Source of the DNA: a virus
Taxonomy: Duplodnaviria > Caudoviricetes
DNA length: 64,000 nucleotides
Strand: one strand, 5' to 3'
IMG/VR virus record: IMGVR_UViG_2667528183_000003
Location: 1 to 64,000 of that record
In this document: positions 17,733-27,087 of the stretch, in pieces
Position numbering within the stretch: position 1 is the first letter of the stretch
Layout: each line of letters starts with the position of its first letter
Notes under the pieces: generated by a model
The model's input: only the letters and a program-made list of their open reading frames with translations
What the model was told of the DNA's origin: nothing
Database searches by the model: none
Made by a program: the position numbers and the translations under genes

Positions 17733-17783
17733 AAAACCTTAAGTCGTCCTGAAATTACTATCTTTTGCTTGCCGCCTGACACT
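17733..17783 (+). promoter_or_regulatory. Putative late promoter (PI-like)
   Basis: AAAACCTTAAGTCGTCCTGAAATTAC (24/26 identical to the 8824 box); GACACT at 17778-17783. Confidence 0.72.
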
Positions 17784-17789
17784 GGCGGC

Positions 17790-18767
17790 ATGAAAACCCA
17801 ACTCGCTCTCAATTCAGAAATCTACAGCTCAGTCGAGCTTTCCGAAGGGAAGGCGCCCGACTGGGTTCAACTCATCCCCGCAGGTCCGACAGTCACTGGT
17901 CGCGATGGTCGCTCCTGGTTGTTCGACGACATGGCTGCTGGCTTGGTGCAGTCCAGCTTTGCCAGTCGGGCCATTGATCTCCCTATCGACTGGGAACATG
18001 CAACGCAGAAGCGGGCATCCGTGGGCAAGGAAGCTCCAGCGGGCGCCTGGATCAAGCAGTTCGAAATCCGTAACGGCGCTCTCTGGGGACAGGTCGAGTG
18101 GACGCCTCGTGGTGCCTCACAGGTGGAGGCCCGCGAGTACCGCTTTCTATCTCCCGTCTTCGATTACGAAGTCGACAGCACACGCATCGTGCGAATGGTC
18201 AGCGCCGCGTTGACCAACATCCCCAACTTTCTGATGACAGCCCTCAACCAAGAGCAACAGGAGCACAACCTCGTGAAACCTTCGCCAGAACTTTTGAAAC
18301 TTCTCGGTTTGCCCGATACGGCAACTGCGGAACAAGTCTTCACCGCTACCACCGCCAAGCTTCAGGCCACCGGCCAAGCTTTGAACACCGAGCAAGCGAA
18401 CCTGGAGCGATTCGTGCCACGGGCTGATTACAACGCCCTGGAGCAACGCGCCGCCAACGCGGAACAGGCGCTCACCGAACATAAAAAGGCAGAGCACACC
18501 AAGGCCGTCGACGCAGTCATCACTTCGGCCACCCAGGCCGGAAAGATCACTCCGGCGACCGTGGACTATCACCGTGCTATGTGCCAGGACGAAGCCGGTC
18601 TGGCGCGCTTCAAGGTGTTTGTCGAGGCCGCGCCAGTTGTTGCGGCTGCCACCGATCTGGGCGAGCGCAAGCCCGACAACACCAGCACCGCGCTCAACTC
18701 CGAAGAGCAACAGGTCGCCAAGCTGCTGGGCATGAGCGAGGCCGAGTTCATCAAGGGCAAGGCGTAA
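17790..18767 (+). CDS. Prohead protease I with in-frame scaffold Z (internal GTG 18273)
   Basis: PIDWEH, EYRFLSPVF and ALTNIP motifs; CAGGAG SD before GTG 18273. Confidence 0.9.
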   Translation: MKTQLALNSEIYSSVELSEGKAPDWVQLIPAGPTVTGRDGRSWLFDDMAAGLVQSSFASRAIDLPIDWEHATQKRASVGKEAPAGAWIKQFEIRNGALWGQVEWTPRGASQVEAREYRFLSPVFDYEVDSTRIVRMVSAALTNIPNFLMTALNQEQQEHNLVKPSPELLKLLGLPDTATAEQVFTATTAKLQATGQALNTEQANLERFVPRADYNALEQRAANAEQALTEHKKAEHTKAVDAVITSATQAGKITPATVDYHRAMCQDEAGLARFKVFVEAAPVVAAATDLGERKPDNTSTALNSEEQQVAKLLGMSEAEFIKGKA

Positions 18768-18795
18768 CTCCCTCCCTATATAAAGGAAGCGATTC

Positions 18796-19689
18796 ATGAT
18801 CATTACTCCAGGCGCCTTGACTGCGTTGTTCACCGCATTCAGAGCCGAATTCCAGAACGCCCAGGCCGCAACGCCTACCGATTGGCAGCGTGTGGCAACG
18901 GTGGTTCCATCGTCGTCGACCAGTAATACCTATGGCTGGTTGGGGCAGTTCCCGACCTTTCGCGAGTGGATCGGCGACCGTGTCCTCAAGAACATGGCAG
19001 CCCATAGCTATTCGATCACCAACAAAAAGTTTGAATCCTCTGTCGCGGTTCCTCGCGACGCTATCGAAGATGACGAAGTCGGTGTTTACAAACCACTGTT
19101 TGCTGAAATGGGCCGGGCCTCATCGGCGCATCCTGACGAGTTGGTGTTCGCCCTGTTGAAAGCGGGCCTCACCACCACTTGCTACGACGGCCAGTATTTC
19201 TTCGACATCGATCACCCGGTGTTCCCTTCGACCGATGGCACCGGCACTGCGGTGTCCGTGAGCAACTACCAGGACGGTGAAGGTCCTGCATGGTATCTGC
19301 TCGATGTCAGTCGAGCGATCAAACCCATCATCTTTCAGAACCGCCGCAACTACGCACTGAAAGCCATGACCGACATGAACGACGAAACCGTCTTCATGCG
19401 CGACGAATATCGCTACGGCGTTGATGCTCGCGTGAACGTCGGCTTCGGCTTCTGGCAGTTCGCCTACTGTTCGAAAGCGCCGCTTACACCGGACAACTAC
19501 GCGCTGGCCCGTGCTGCCATGAAGAACTTCAAGGCAGATGGCGGTCGCCCGCTCGGTGTTAATCCTGGCCTGCTGGTTGTGCCATCTCAACTGGAAGGCG
19601 CGGCCCGGAAAATCGTCGTCAAAGACGCGAACGCCGGTAATGAATGGGCAGGCACGGCCGAAGTTCTCGCGCCGAGCTGGCTCGGATAA
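18796..19689 (+). CDS. Major head protein (Mu gpT-like)
   Basis: YGWLGQFPTFREWIGDR, YDGQYFFD and YGVDARVNVGFGFWQ motifs. Confidence 0.95.
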   Translation: MIITPGALTALFTAFRAEFQNAQAATPTDWQRVATVVPSSSTSNTYGWLGQFPTFREWIGDRVLKNMAAHSYSITNKKFESSVAVPRDAIEDDEVGVYKPLFAEMGRASSAHPDELVFALLKAGLTTTCYDGQYFFDIDHPVFPSTDGTGTAVSVSNYQDGEGPAWYLLDVSRAIKPIIFQNRRNYALKAMTDMNDETVFMRDEYRYGVDARVNVGFGFWQFAYCSKAPLTPDNYALARAAMKNFKADGGRPLGVNPGLLVVPSQLEGAARKIVVKDANAGNEWAGTAEVLAPSWLG

Positions 19690-19699
19690 GGGGGGCGTT

Positions 19700-20236
19700 A
19701 TGGCTATCGTCATCACTGCAAAGCGCGACGGCTTCCGCCGTTGCGGCATTGCACACTCCCGCAAGCCGACCTCCTACCCGGACGACTTCTTCACGGAAGA
19801 ACAGTGGCGGGCTCTGTTGAAAGAGCCGCAGTTGATCCTCGCCTATGTGGAGGATGAATTCGACCAGGTGAAGGACGGACACAATGAAATTCTCCAGGAA
19901 GTCGATGTATCGAAAGCGTCCGGCGCCGCACAAAACGCCCAGTCGCAGACGCTCGAAGCAATCGCTACGGCTCTGGGTAATGGAGTGGCTCTGCCCATTA
20001 CCCCGGTCACTGGCAGCGGAGAGCCTGGACCTGACGGTTCGGGATCTGGGCCAAACCCACCTGTGATTGAACCGTCCCATGACCAATCGAGCGGGTTCGG
20101 CATCGACTTCGATGCTCTCTGGGAGGACGCACTCCAGGAAGATCAGGCGCGTGAAGCGGCCAAGGCGGAAGCGTTGAAGCCTCCCACGAAACCCAGAAAG
20201 ACCAAGTCCGAAAAGACCGAGGACGAAGGCAAATGA
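19700..20236 (+). CDS. HI1506-like (Mu gp35 position) protein with low-complexity tail
   Basis: ITAKRDGFRRCG...LLKEPQL N-terminus. Confidence 0.7.
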   Translation: MAIVITAKRDGFRRCGIAHSRKPTSYPDDFFTEEQWRALLKEPQLILAYVEDEFDQVKDGHNEILQEVDVSKASGAAQNAQSQTLEAIATALGNGVALPITPVTGSGEPGPDGSGSGPNPPVIEPSHDQSSGFGIDFDALWEDALQEDQAREAAKAEALKPPTKPRKTKSEKTEDEGK

Positions 20237-20724
20237 ATCTCTCGCTGCCATCCGCCACCCAGCTCCTTGTGCGCTTCGGTGCCCGCGACATTACAGAAGT
20301 CGCGGTCCCAGACCATGAGCGCGTAATCGACTCGGAACTGCTGGCGGCGGCTGCAAGTGGTCAGCCCTTGGACGGTTGGCCTGAAGAAGATGTGGCTATC
20401 GCCGTGGCAGCGCTGGCCAGGATCGCCGACGCCGTCACTCGGGCGCGCAGTGAGGTTTCGTTTTACCTGCGGTTCCGCCCGGCCGGAGAAGACGCCCCCG
20501 AGTGGGTGGCCGATGATCTGGCCGAGATTGCTCGTTATCACCTGTACGACGATGCGGGCAAGGAAGAGTCGACCGTGCGCGTGCTTTACAAGGACGTCAT
20601 CAAGCGCCTGGAAACCCTGGCCAGGGAGGACAAGGAGCGTGGTGCCTCGGACGGTGGACAGTCCGGTTTCCAGATATCCCAGCAGCCCCGGCTCATGAGC
20701 CGCAACACCTTGAGGAACTTGTGA
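20233..20724 (+). CDS. Head-tail adaptor (Mu gp36/DUF1320-like)
   Basis: IARYHLY...YKDVIKRLE motif; position. Confidence 0.75.
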   Translation: MNLSLPSATQLLVRFGARDITEVAVPDHERVIDSELLAAAASGQPLDGWPEEDVAIAVAALARIADAVTRARSEVSFYLRFRPAGEDAPEWVADDLAEIARYHLYDDAGKEESTVRVLYKDVIKRLETLAREDKERGASDGGQSGFQISQQPRLMSRNTLRNL

Positions 20725-21290
20725 TGCTGGGCGAACTGGAGGACTTGATCGAGGCGCGGCTCAAGGAGCTGAACAGCAAGCTGCCGAGCCTGGTGGTGGG
20801 CAGCTACGGCGGCGAATTGAGCGATCCTAATCTGTTGTCCGGTTTGCTCAAGCGTTGCCCAGCCATCTTGCTGACGGTGCCCAAGGTGACATTCACCCGT
20901 AAAACCAACACCCGCTATTCGGTGCCGATCACCTTCCGCTTGATCATTGCTACCCGTCACCCTCGGGGCGAAAGGGAAACCCGGCGCGGCACGACAGATA
21001 AGGACATCGGCAGTTATGCGCTGTGGGAAGCCTGCATGCACCAACTGGTTGACTGGCAGCCTTGGACAGATCGCGCTGCCATCAAACCGACCGAACTTTC
21101 AAACCTGGTCAACGGCAAGTTTGAAAGCGCTCACCTTTCCGTCCTGGGGCAGTCGTTCGTTATCGAGCTGGACTGGGAGAAACCGAAAGAGGCGCTGCCG
21201 GAATTTTTGGGTATTGACTTGAACTACCACTCCCCGTCGGAAAACCCCAACCCGGTGGCCACCGACTTAATCGAATTGAGGGACGTGTAA
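20721..21290 (+). CDS. Tail terminator (Mu gp37-like)
   Basis: VGSYGGEL...PAILL motif; position before the sheath. Confidence 0.7.
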   Translation: MMLGELEDLIEARLKELNSKLPSLVVGSYGGELSDPNLLSGLLKRCPAILLTVPKVTFTRKTNTRYSVPITFRLIIATRHPRGERETRRGTTDKDIGSYALWEACMHQLVDWQPWTDRAAIKPTELSNLVNGKFESAHLSVLGQSFVIELDWEKPKEALPEFLGIDLNYHSPSENPNPVATDLIELRDV

Positions 21291-21484
21291 TGCACGTTAT
21301 CGCCGCACCTGGTCAACAGGTGCCAATGGAAGGAGATCCATATCAGTACATCGGCGACAAGCTCGACGAGGCTGTCGATGTACCGGATACCTCCTATTAC
21401 CGCCGTCGCTTGGCGGCGGGTGAACTGCTGGCTGCGAAGAAACCGCGCAGTGCCAAACAACCCGCACAGGAAGCCGCTGAATGA
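21290..21484 (+). CDS. Mu gp38/DUF2635-like protein
   Basis: VPME...YYRRRLAAGEL motif. Confidence 0.8.
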   Translation: MHVIAAPGQQVPMEGDPYQYIGDKLDEAVDVPDTSYYRRRLAAGELLAAKKPRSAKQPAQEAAE

Positions 21485-22584
21485 GCATTTCCTTTGACAC
21501 CATCCCCGCATCGATTCGCAAACCCGGTGTGTACATGGAGTTCAACACCAGCCTGGCGGTACGGACACTGCCGACCAACAAGCAAAGCGCCTGCCTGATC
21601 GTTCCCCTGGGCGCCGGAGCGACAGTCGGGGCCAACGTGCCGACACCGATCTATAGCGCGGCCGAGGCCAAAGCTCTGTTCGGTGGAACGGTTGCCGAGG
21701 AAATGGCCGAGGCGTTTATCACGGCTTATCGTTATGCCAGCCTTTCGGCCGTGGGTGTGGCTGCCGTCGAGGGCGAGGGTGAACCTGACATCAAGGCTGC
21801 CCTGGATGCAACTGCCCTGGGCGGCTTCACTATCTTGGTGCCTGCCTGGTACAGCCAGACCGCGCTTACTGCACTGCGTACCCACATCCAGCTCTATACC
21901 AACTCAATGGAACAGCAAGGCATCATCGGCGTTGCGGCGCTGACCAGCACCTTGTCTGCGGCCACTACCTTGGCCACTTCGTTGAACTCTGGCGCTATCA
22001 GCCTGGCCGTGCTGCCTGGTACGCCATCGACTGCGCGCCAGGTTGCCGCTGCCTACGCCGCGATGATCGCATCGGAAGAAGACCCAGCCCGGCCACTGAA
22101 CACCCTCGTACTGACAGGCATCAAGGTGCCGCCAGTCACTCAGCGCCTTGGCCGTACCGAGCAGGAAACCGCCCTGGCCAACGGCGTCACACCGCTGGAG
22201 GTTGCGGCCGGTGATGTGATTCAGATTGTCCGCGCCGTGACCACCTACACCAAGTCTGCGGCCGGTGCCACGGATGTGTCGCTGTTGGACCTGACCACCA
22301 TCCGCACCCTGTATTACGTGCGTATGGCCTGCCGTGACCGTATCCGCTTGCGCTTCCCGCGCGCCAAGCTCTCCAAGAAAACCCCAGAGGCTGTGCGGGG
22401 TGAGCTGCTGGACGTACTGCTCAAGCTGGAAGAGCTGGAGATCGTCGAAGAAGTCGAAGCCAACGCGGCCAGCCTGGTGGTCGAGCGTTCGCTCCAGGGC
22501 GTAAACCGCCTCAACGCCGCCATTCCCACTGACGTAGTCAACGGCCTGCATGTGTTCGCCGGTCGTATCGACCTGCTCCTTTAA
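21481..22584 (+). CDS. Tail sheath protein (short, 367 aa)
   Basis: ISFDTIPASIRKPGVYMEF, DPARPLNTL and VVNGLHVFAG motifs. Confidence 0.9.
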   Translation: MSISFDTIPASIRKPGVYMEFNTSLAVRTLPTNKQSACLIVPLGAGATVGANVPTPIYSAAEAKALFGGTVAEEMAEAFITAYRYASLSAVGVAAVEGEGEPDIKAALDATALGGFTILVPAWYSQTALTALRTHIQLYTNSMEQQGIIGVAALTSTLSAATTLATSLNSGAISLAVLPGTPSTARQVAAAYAAMIASEEDPARPLNTLVLTGIKVPPVTQRLGRTEQETALANGVTPLEVAAGDVIQIVRAVTTYTKSAAGATDVSLLDLTTIRTLYYVRMACRDRIRLRFPRAKLSKKTPEAVRGELLDVLLKLEELEIVEEVEANAASLVVERSLQGVNRLNAAIPTDVVNGLHVFAGRIDLLL

Positions 22585-22600
22585 TAAGAGGTGACTTTAT

Positions 22601-22972
22601 ATGGCTGATAACTATGTGGGACTGATCGTCCTGGAGATCAACGGCACCGACTATGAGGTCTCCAGCGTCGAGCCAAGCCTCAAGACCGGGCGCACAGTTG
22701 TAAAGACCATGAACCGCACGGGGCGAGCGACCGGCACGGCCAAGGGTATTGAAGAGCACGAACTGAAAATTTCCGTGCCTATCCCGAAAACCGGCGAGCC
22801 GGACTGGCGCGCCTTGCTGGACGCCAAACTGACCATCTATCCCCAAGATGGCGGCAGTAAGCGCCAGACCTGGACCGGCTGCTCGCTGATGGAGATGGGC
22901 AGCAAGTACCAGCTTGAAGGCGAAGCCACCCGCGACCTGACCATCGCCGCACTGAACTACTACACGGAGTAA
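22601..22972 (+). CDS. Tail tube protein
   Basis: 123 aa, beta-rich; directly after the sheath; GAGGT SD. Confidence 0.8.
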   Translation: MADNYVGLIVLEINGTDYEVSSVEPSLKTGRTVVKTMNRTGRATGTAKGIEEHELKISVPIPKTGEPDWRALLDAKLTIYPQDGGSKRQTWTGCSLMEMGSKYQLEGEATRDLTIAALNYYTE

Positions 22973-22976
22973 CGCA

Positions 22977-23381
22977 ATGACTGAGCAAACGAACAAGCAG
23001 TGGGACGGCCTGACCATTACCGGCGAGCTGCGTATCGGCGTTTATTATGCTGGCCTGCGGCACAAGCGCTTCACCCTGCGCGTCGGCATGGCGGGCGATC
23101 TGGTAGCAGCGCAAGAGCTGCACCCTGACGGTCCCTTTCAGTTGACCACCCTCGAAGTGTATCGCCGCCAGTTGCTGTCCTTGGGTGACATCCCGACCGA
23201 AGCACTGACCGTCGAACTGCTGCGCGAGCAACTCGCCGAAACCGACTTGGCCATCATCGCCAACGCAGATGCTGATCTGGAAAAAAAGCTCGCGCCGCCG
23301 AGCGCGGCAACGCCGACTGGCGCCGAATCGAGCACGCCCTTATCCGACACGGCTACCGGCTCGACGAACTCCGCCGCATGA
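22977..23381 (+). CDS. Tail assembly chaperone; -1 frameshift product extends to 23485
   Basis: Between tube and TMP; A-AAA-AAG at 23282-23288. Confidence 0.8.
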   Translation: MTEQTNKQWDGLTITGELRIGVYYAGLRHKRFTLRVGMAGDLVAAQELHPDGPFQLTTLEVYRRQLLSLGDIPTEALTVELLREQLAETDLAIIANADADLEKKLAPPSAATPTGAESSTPLSDTATGSTNSAA

Positions 23382-23542
23382 CCAGGGCGGAGATCGACAC
23401 CCGTATCGATCTGATCATCGGCAAGGTCAAGAAAACACGCTACGTCAGCAAGCGCCAGCGCAAGCCACTGCCGAAACCACGATAAGACCAGGCTCGATTT
23501 CGGGCCTTTCTTGTCCCTGTAAGACCCTTTCGGGAGCATCCA

Positions 23543-25765
23543 ATGAGTTCTGATCTGCGCGTAGCGCTTCGTTTCCAGGCCCACGCAGGCAACAGCCGAC
23601 GCGAGATCGAGCAGATCAATCGCGACCTTCGCAAGGCAGGTAAGGAAGGCGCCAAGTCCCTGGCGGATGAAAGCTGGAAAGCCTCCACTGCAATAACCAA
23701 TGTCGGCCGTGTGGGAGCCAACAGCTATAAAACCATCCGTAGTGCCATGCGTGAAACTGCGGGGGCTGGTTCCGGCACGCGTATCGAGGTCAGCAAGACT
23801 TCGGCTGAACTCAAGCAGATGGCTGCGGCCGCCCGTAAGGCTGCTCGTGATGCCAAGACCGAACTGGTGAGCGCAGACCGCCAGGGCGTGCAGCCGCTGC
23901 GCCAAAGCGTTGACCGGACAGAAACATCCTTCAGGCGCCTGGCGCAAAACGGTGGACGTAGTCTTCGCGCCTTGAAGACGATTGCTGCGGGTGCCCGTCA
24001 GGAGTTTGATCGCCTGAAGGGTTTGGGGGGCAGTATGCAGGGACAGCTTGCTGGGCTGGGCGTTGGACTTGGGGTTGTGTCAGGTGTGACATCAAGTGCA
24101 AAACTGGACCGTCAGCTTATACGTACTCAACAGACTGCGGGAATGTCAGCTGAAGAGCGTGAAGAGTGGCGTGGGGAACAATGGCGATTGGCAAAAACCT
24201 ACGGTATTGAGCGTGAGCAAGTTCAAACGGGCTTTGATACCTTAATCGCAAGTGGCTTGTCCTACGATAAAGCGAAGGCAAGTTCTGAGGCCATCGCTCA
24301 AGCTACCGCAGTTACCGGGGCTGACTCCGGGGTCTTGGCTAAAGCACTTATTACTGGGTCAAGTGCTTTTGATATCGATCTCTCCAAACCCAACGCCGCT
24401 GTAGATATCTTACAAAAGATGATTGTAGCTGGCCGTCTGGGGAACGCTGAACTTGAGAACCTCTCAAGTATTTTTCCTAAGGTGGGGCAAGACGCCAAGT
24501 CTGCGGGCATGTCTATGGCTCAGTCTCTTTCGTTTGTTGAGACGTTATCTCTTATTGAGCTTGAACCTGATCGTTTGGGTACGTTGGCACAGTCAACCTT
24601 GCGTGCATTCAATAACGGCACTTACCGTGAGAGCGTTACAAAGAATACTGGAGTCGAGTTCTTCAACAAGGATAAGTCTGTAAGGAATACTCAAGATGTA
24701 TTTCTTGATCTCCAGCATAAGTATAAGTCGCTTAAGAACGATAAAGATCGCGCTCGTTTCATGAGTGTAGTGTTTGGCAAGATGGACCAGGACACGCAAA
24801 AAGGAGTTAAAGCATTCTTGACTGGGGATCGGCTGGAGAATTTTGCAAAAAGCACTGGTGACATCAATAACGCCAAGGGCGTTATTGAAAAGGACTTGGC
24901 CGACAACATGAACAGTTCGACTGCTGTTGGTTCTCGAATGAAGGCCACCTTAGGTGAGGCCGTAGATCGCATGGCGAAACCTTTAAACAAGAGTTTCGCT
25001 GACATGGGTAGTTACCTGCTCGATGACCTGAACTTGTCCGGTGAACAGATGTTGCTCGGTGGCGCCGCCCTGGGTGTCGGTGGTTACTACGCCGGACGTG
25101 GTGCCAAAGCTGGGGCCGGTGCGCTGTTCAACAAGCTAACGGGCGGGCCTGAAACCCTCAAAAACATTGCGGTCGGTAAAGTCCTGGAGGAAGCGACAGG
25201 CGTTACTTCTGTCTTTGTCACCAACTGGCCAGGCGGCATGCTTGGCGGCGTGCCAGATCTGCCTGGCGCGCCATCTTCCGGTAAGGGCAAGCCAGGCGGT
25301 TTTGTCGCGCCATGGTTGGCACCTGTGGCCTTGGGCGCAAGTGCAACGCAGATTGGCGGGGCAAGTGCGACAGCCACAGACGAAGGCCGCCTGGATGCCG
25401 CCCAGCGCAGCAAGCTGCTCAACGATGACCAGCGCACCTACCAAACTGCCTTTTACCGCAATCGTATAGACCTGGCCGGACAGAACCCCGGCCAATCATC
25501 CGACTGGCTGTCCTCTCAGGCCCAGCGCCTGGCACATCAGCAAACCGGCCTGACGGCATCGGGGTTGCCGGTCGAGGGTGCCAATCAGTGGGCCGCTGGA
25601 GTCGCGAATCGCGCCGTAACCGCCGGGGTTGAAACGCCTGCTGCCGAGGCCCGCCTCCGACGCCTTCTGGATCAACCCCTGGTCATCGAACTGCGCACAG
25701 ACTCAAACATGATCCAGGCCGAGGTCGAGCGCAGAGCTGACATTCAGATGAGGCGCGGCGGATGA
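23543..25765 (+). CDS. Tail tape measure protein
   Basis: 740 aa, Ala/Gly-rich helical; VFVTNWPG motif; position. Confidence 0.9.
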   Translation: MSSDLRVALRFQAHAGNSRREIEQINRDLRKAGKEGAKSLADESWKASTAITNVGRVGANSYKTIRSAMRETAGAGSGTRIEVSKTSAELKQMAAAARKAARDAKTELVSADRQGVQPLRQSVDRTETSFRRLAQNGGRSLRALKTIAAGARQEFDRLKGLGGSMQGQLAGLGVGLGVVSGVTSSAKLDRQLIRTQQTAGMSAEEREEWRGEQWRLAKTYGIEREQVQTGFDTLIASGLSYDKAKASSEAIAQATAVTGADSGVLAKALITGSSAFDIDLSKPNAAVDILQKMIVAGRLGNAELENLSSIFPKVGQDAKSAGMSMAQSLSFVETLSLIELEPDRLGTLAQSTLRAFNNGTYRESVTKNTGVEFFNKDKSVRNTQDVFLDLQHKYKSLKNDKDRARFMSVVFGKMDQDTQKGVKAFLTGDRLENFAKSTGDINNAKGVIEKDLADNMNSSTAVGSRMKATLGEAVDRMAKPLNKSFADMGSYLLDDLNLSGEQMLLGGAALGVGGYYAGRGAKAGAGALFNKLTGGPETLKNIAVGKVLEEATGVTSVFVTNWPGGMLGGVPDLPGAPSSGKGKPGGFVAPWLAPVALGASATQIGGASATATDEGRLDAAQRSKLLNDDQRTYQTAFYRNRIDLAGQNPGQSSDWLSSQAQRLAHQQTGLTASGLPVEGANQWAAGVANRAVTAGVETPAAEARLRRLLDQPLVIELRTDSNMIQAEVERRADIQMRRGG

Positions 25766-27087
25766 GCTGGTCAGAAACCTTGCTGGATGCCTCCTTTCGA
25801 GGTGTTCCGCTCCTGGTCGTTGACGAAACCTTGCAATGGCAGCGGGCGTTGTCTGAGCATGGGACACCATTTAAGGATGGTGACAGCGTGGTCGACCTGG
25901 GGCGGGGAGCACGTCGCGTCCCGATGCAGCTCATCGTTTACGGCGATAACTACGAGATTGAGCTACAGAATCTTCTGCTGGCACTGGGGCAGCGTGGACC
26001 GGGTGAACTGATCCACCCGATTTACGGCAGCATGAGTGTCGTCTCGCAAAACGTCGAGGTGAAACACGTTGCCGAAAGACCCGACGCTGCAATGGTTAGC
26101 CTGCTGTTTGTCGAAGACTCCCCTGACTTACCATTTTTTGCCCGGCAGTTTGAGTTCGTCGATATCGGTGTACTTGAACAAGAGGACCAGTATCGCTGGC
26201 AGGACGGCATCTTCGATTTGTTCGGCCGCGTCGATTCCCTGGTCGCGGAGATCCAGTCATGGATCGGTGGCGGTTGGGTCGGGCTGATCGAGAAGGCGCT
26301 CGGCCTACCAGGTATCTTCCTGCGCGTGCAGCAACTGCGGTCACAGATCCTAGGTGTTGTGTCTGGTGTTGCGTCGATGGCCAAGCATCCATCGGCGGCA
26401 TTCGACCCTCTGACTGAACTGTTCCGCACGCCGACGCAGATCCGTGGTTCGATCAGTGACAGCACACCCACCACGTCGACGGCACTGCTTGCCCGAAGTG
26501 GTGTTCCGGCGACCATGCCAGGCGCTGACACCTTAACCACAGATGCTGCGCAGGCTGCCAATTCCTTCTTGATCAGTGCCCGCCAAGGTGTTGCCCCTGA
26601 TGCGGACAGACTGCCCGACGGTATGCCTGACGATCCGGTCGAAGCCAGTGCGTTTGCGCTTGTTGTCCTAGTCGTCACGGAGCTTGCCGCAGCCCATTCG
26701 CTGGCGGTAGCCAGCGTGATCGAGGACGAAGCCAACATGCCGACCTTGAGCCCTCTGGAACTGGAGGGTCTGGTTAATCTGGTGCGCTCCCTGGTCCAGG
26801 GCGCAATCCTGCTCCAGCGTCGACTCTACGACGTGGAAACTTCCCGACCAGTCATCGAGGCCCTGCGCAACACCGCCGCGATGATCCAGGCCCGAGCCCG
26901 GCAGGTGATTTTGCAGAGCCCGCCTATGGTCGAGCGCGTTGTTGAAACTCCGGCCAGCCTGCGCTTGTTAGCCCATCGTTGGTACGGTGACCATGCTCGC
27001 GCTATTGAGCTGGTCCGGCTTAACCCTGACCTGAACACCCCTCACAACATCCCGGCCGGTAAGGTGCTGCGTGCTTATGCTGAATGA
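25762..27087 (+). CDS. DNA circularization protein (Mu gpN-like)
   Basis: LLDASFRGV, GELIHP and LAHRWYGD...ELVRLNP motifs. Confidence 0.88.
   Translation: MSWSETLLDASFRGVPLLVVDETLQWQRALSEHGTPFKDGDSVVDLGRGARRVPMQLIVYGDNYEIELQNLLLALGQRGPGELIHPIYGSMSVVSQNVEVKHVAERPDAAMVSLLFVEDSPDLPFFARQFEFVDIGVLEQEDQYRWQDGIFDLFGRVDSLVAEIQSWIGGGWVGLIEKALGLPGIFLRVQQLRSQILGVVSGVASMAKHPSAAFDPLTELFRTPTQIRGSISDSTPTTSTALLARSGVPATMPGADTLTTDAAQAANSFLISARQGVAPDADRLPDGMPDDPVEASAFALVVLVVTELAAAHSLAVASVIEDEANMPTLSPLELEGLVNLVRSLVQGAILLQRRLYDVETSRPVIEALRNTAAMIQARARQVILQSPPMVERVVETPASLRLLAHRWYGDHARAIELVRLNPDLNTPHNIPAGKVLRAYAE

Noticed and set aside
17540-17789. Anti-CRISPR/aca locus at the G-to-protease position used by D3112-like phages
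   Set aside because: No credible ORF or HTH aca gene is present; the interval holds phased repeats and a late promoter. The ORF-track start at 17568 is only an upstream extension of the protease frame.
23269-23553. 94-aa ORF as the frameshifted chaperone extension
   Set aside because: It is in the +1 frame; the slippery site leads to the -1 frame ending at 23485, which has the more chaperone-like sequence.
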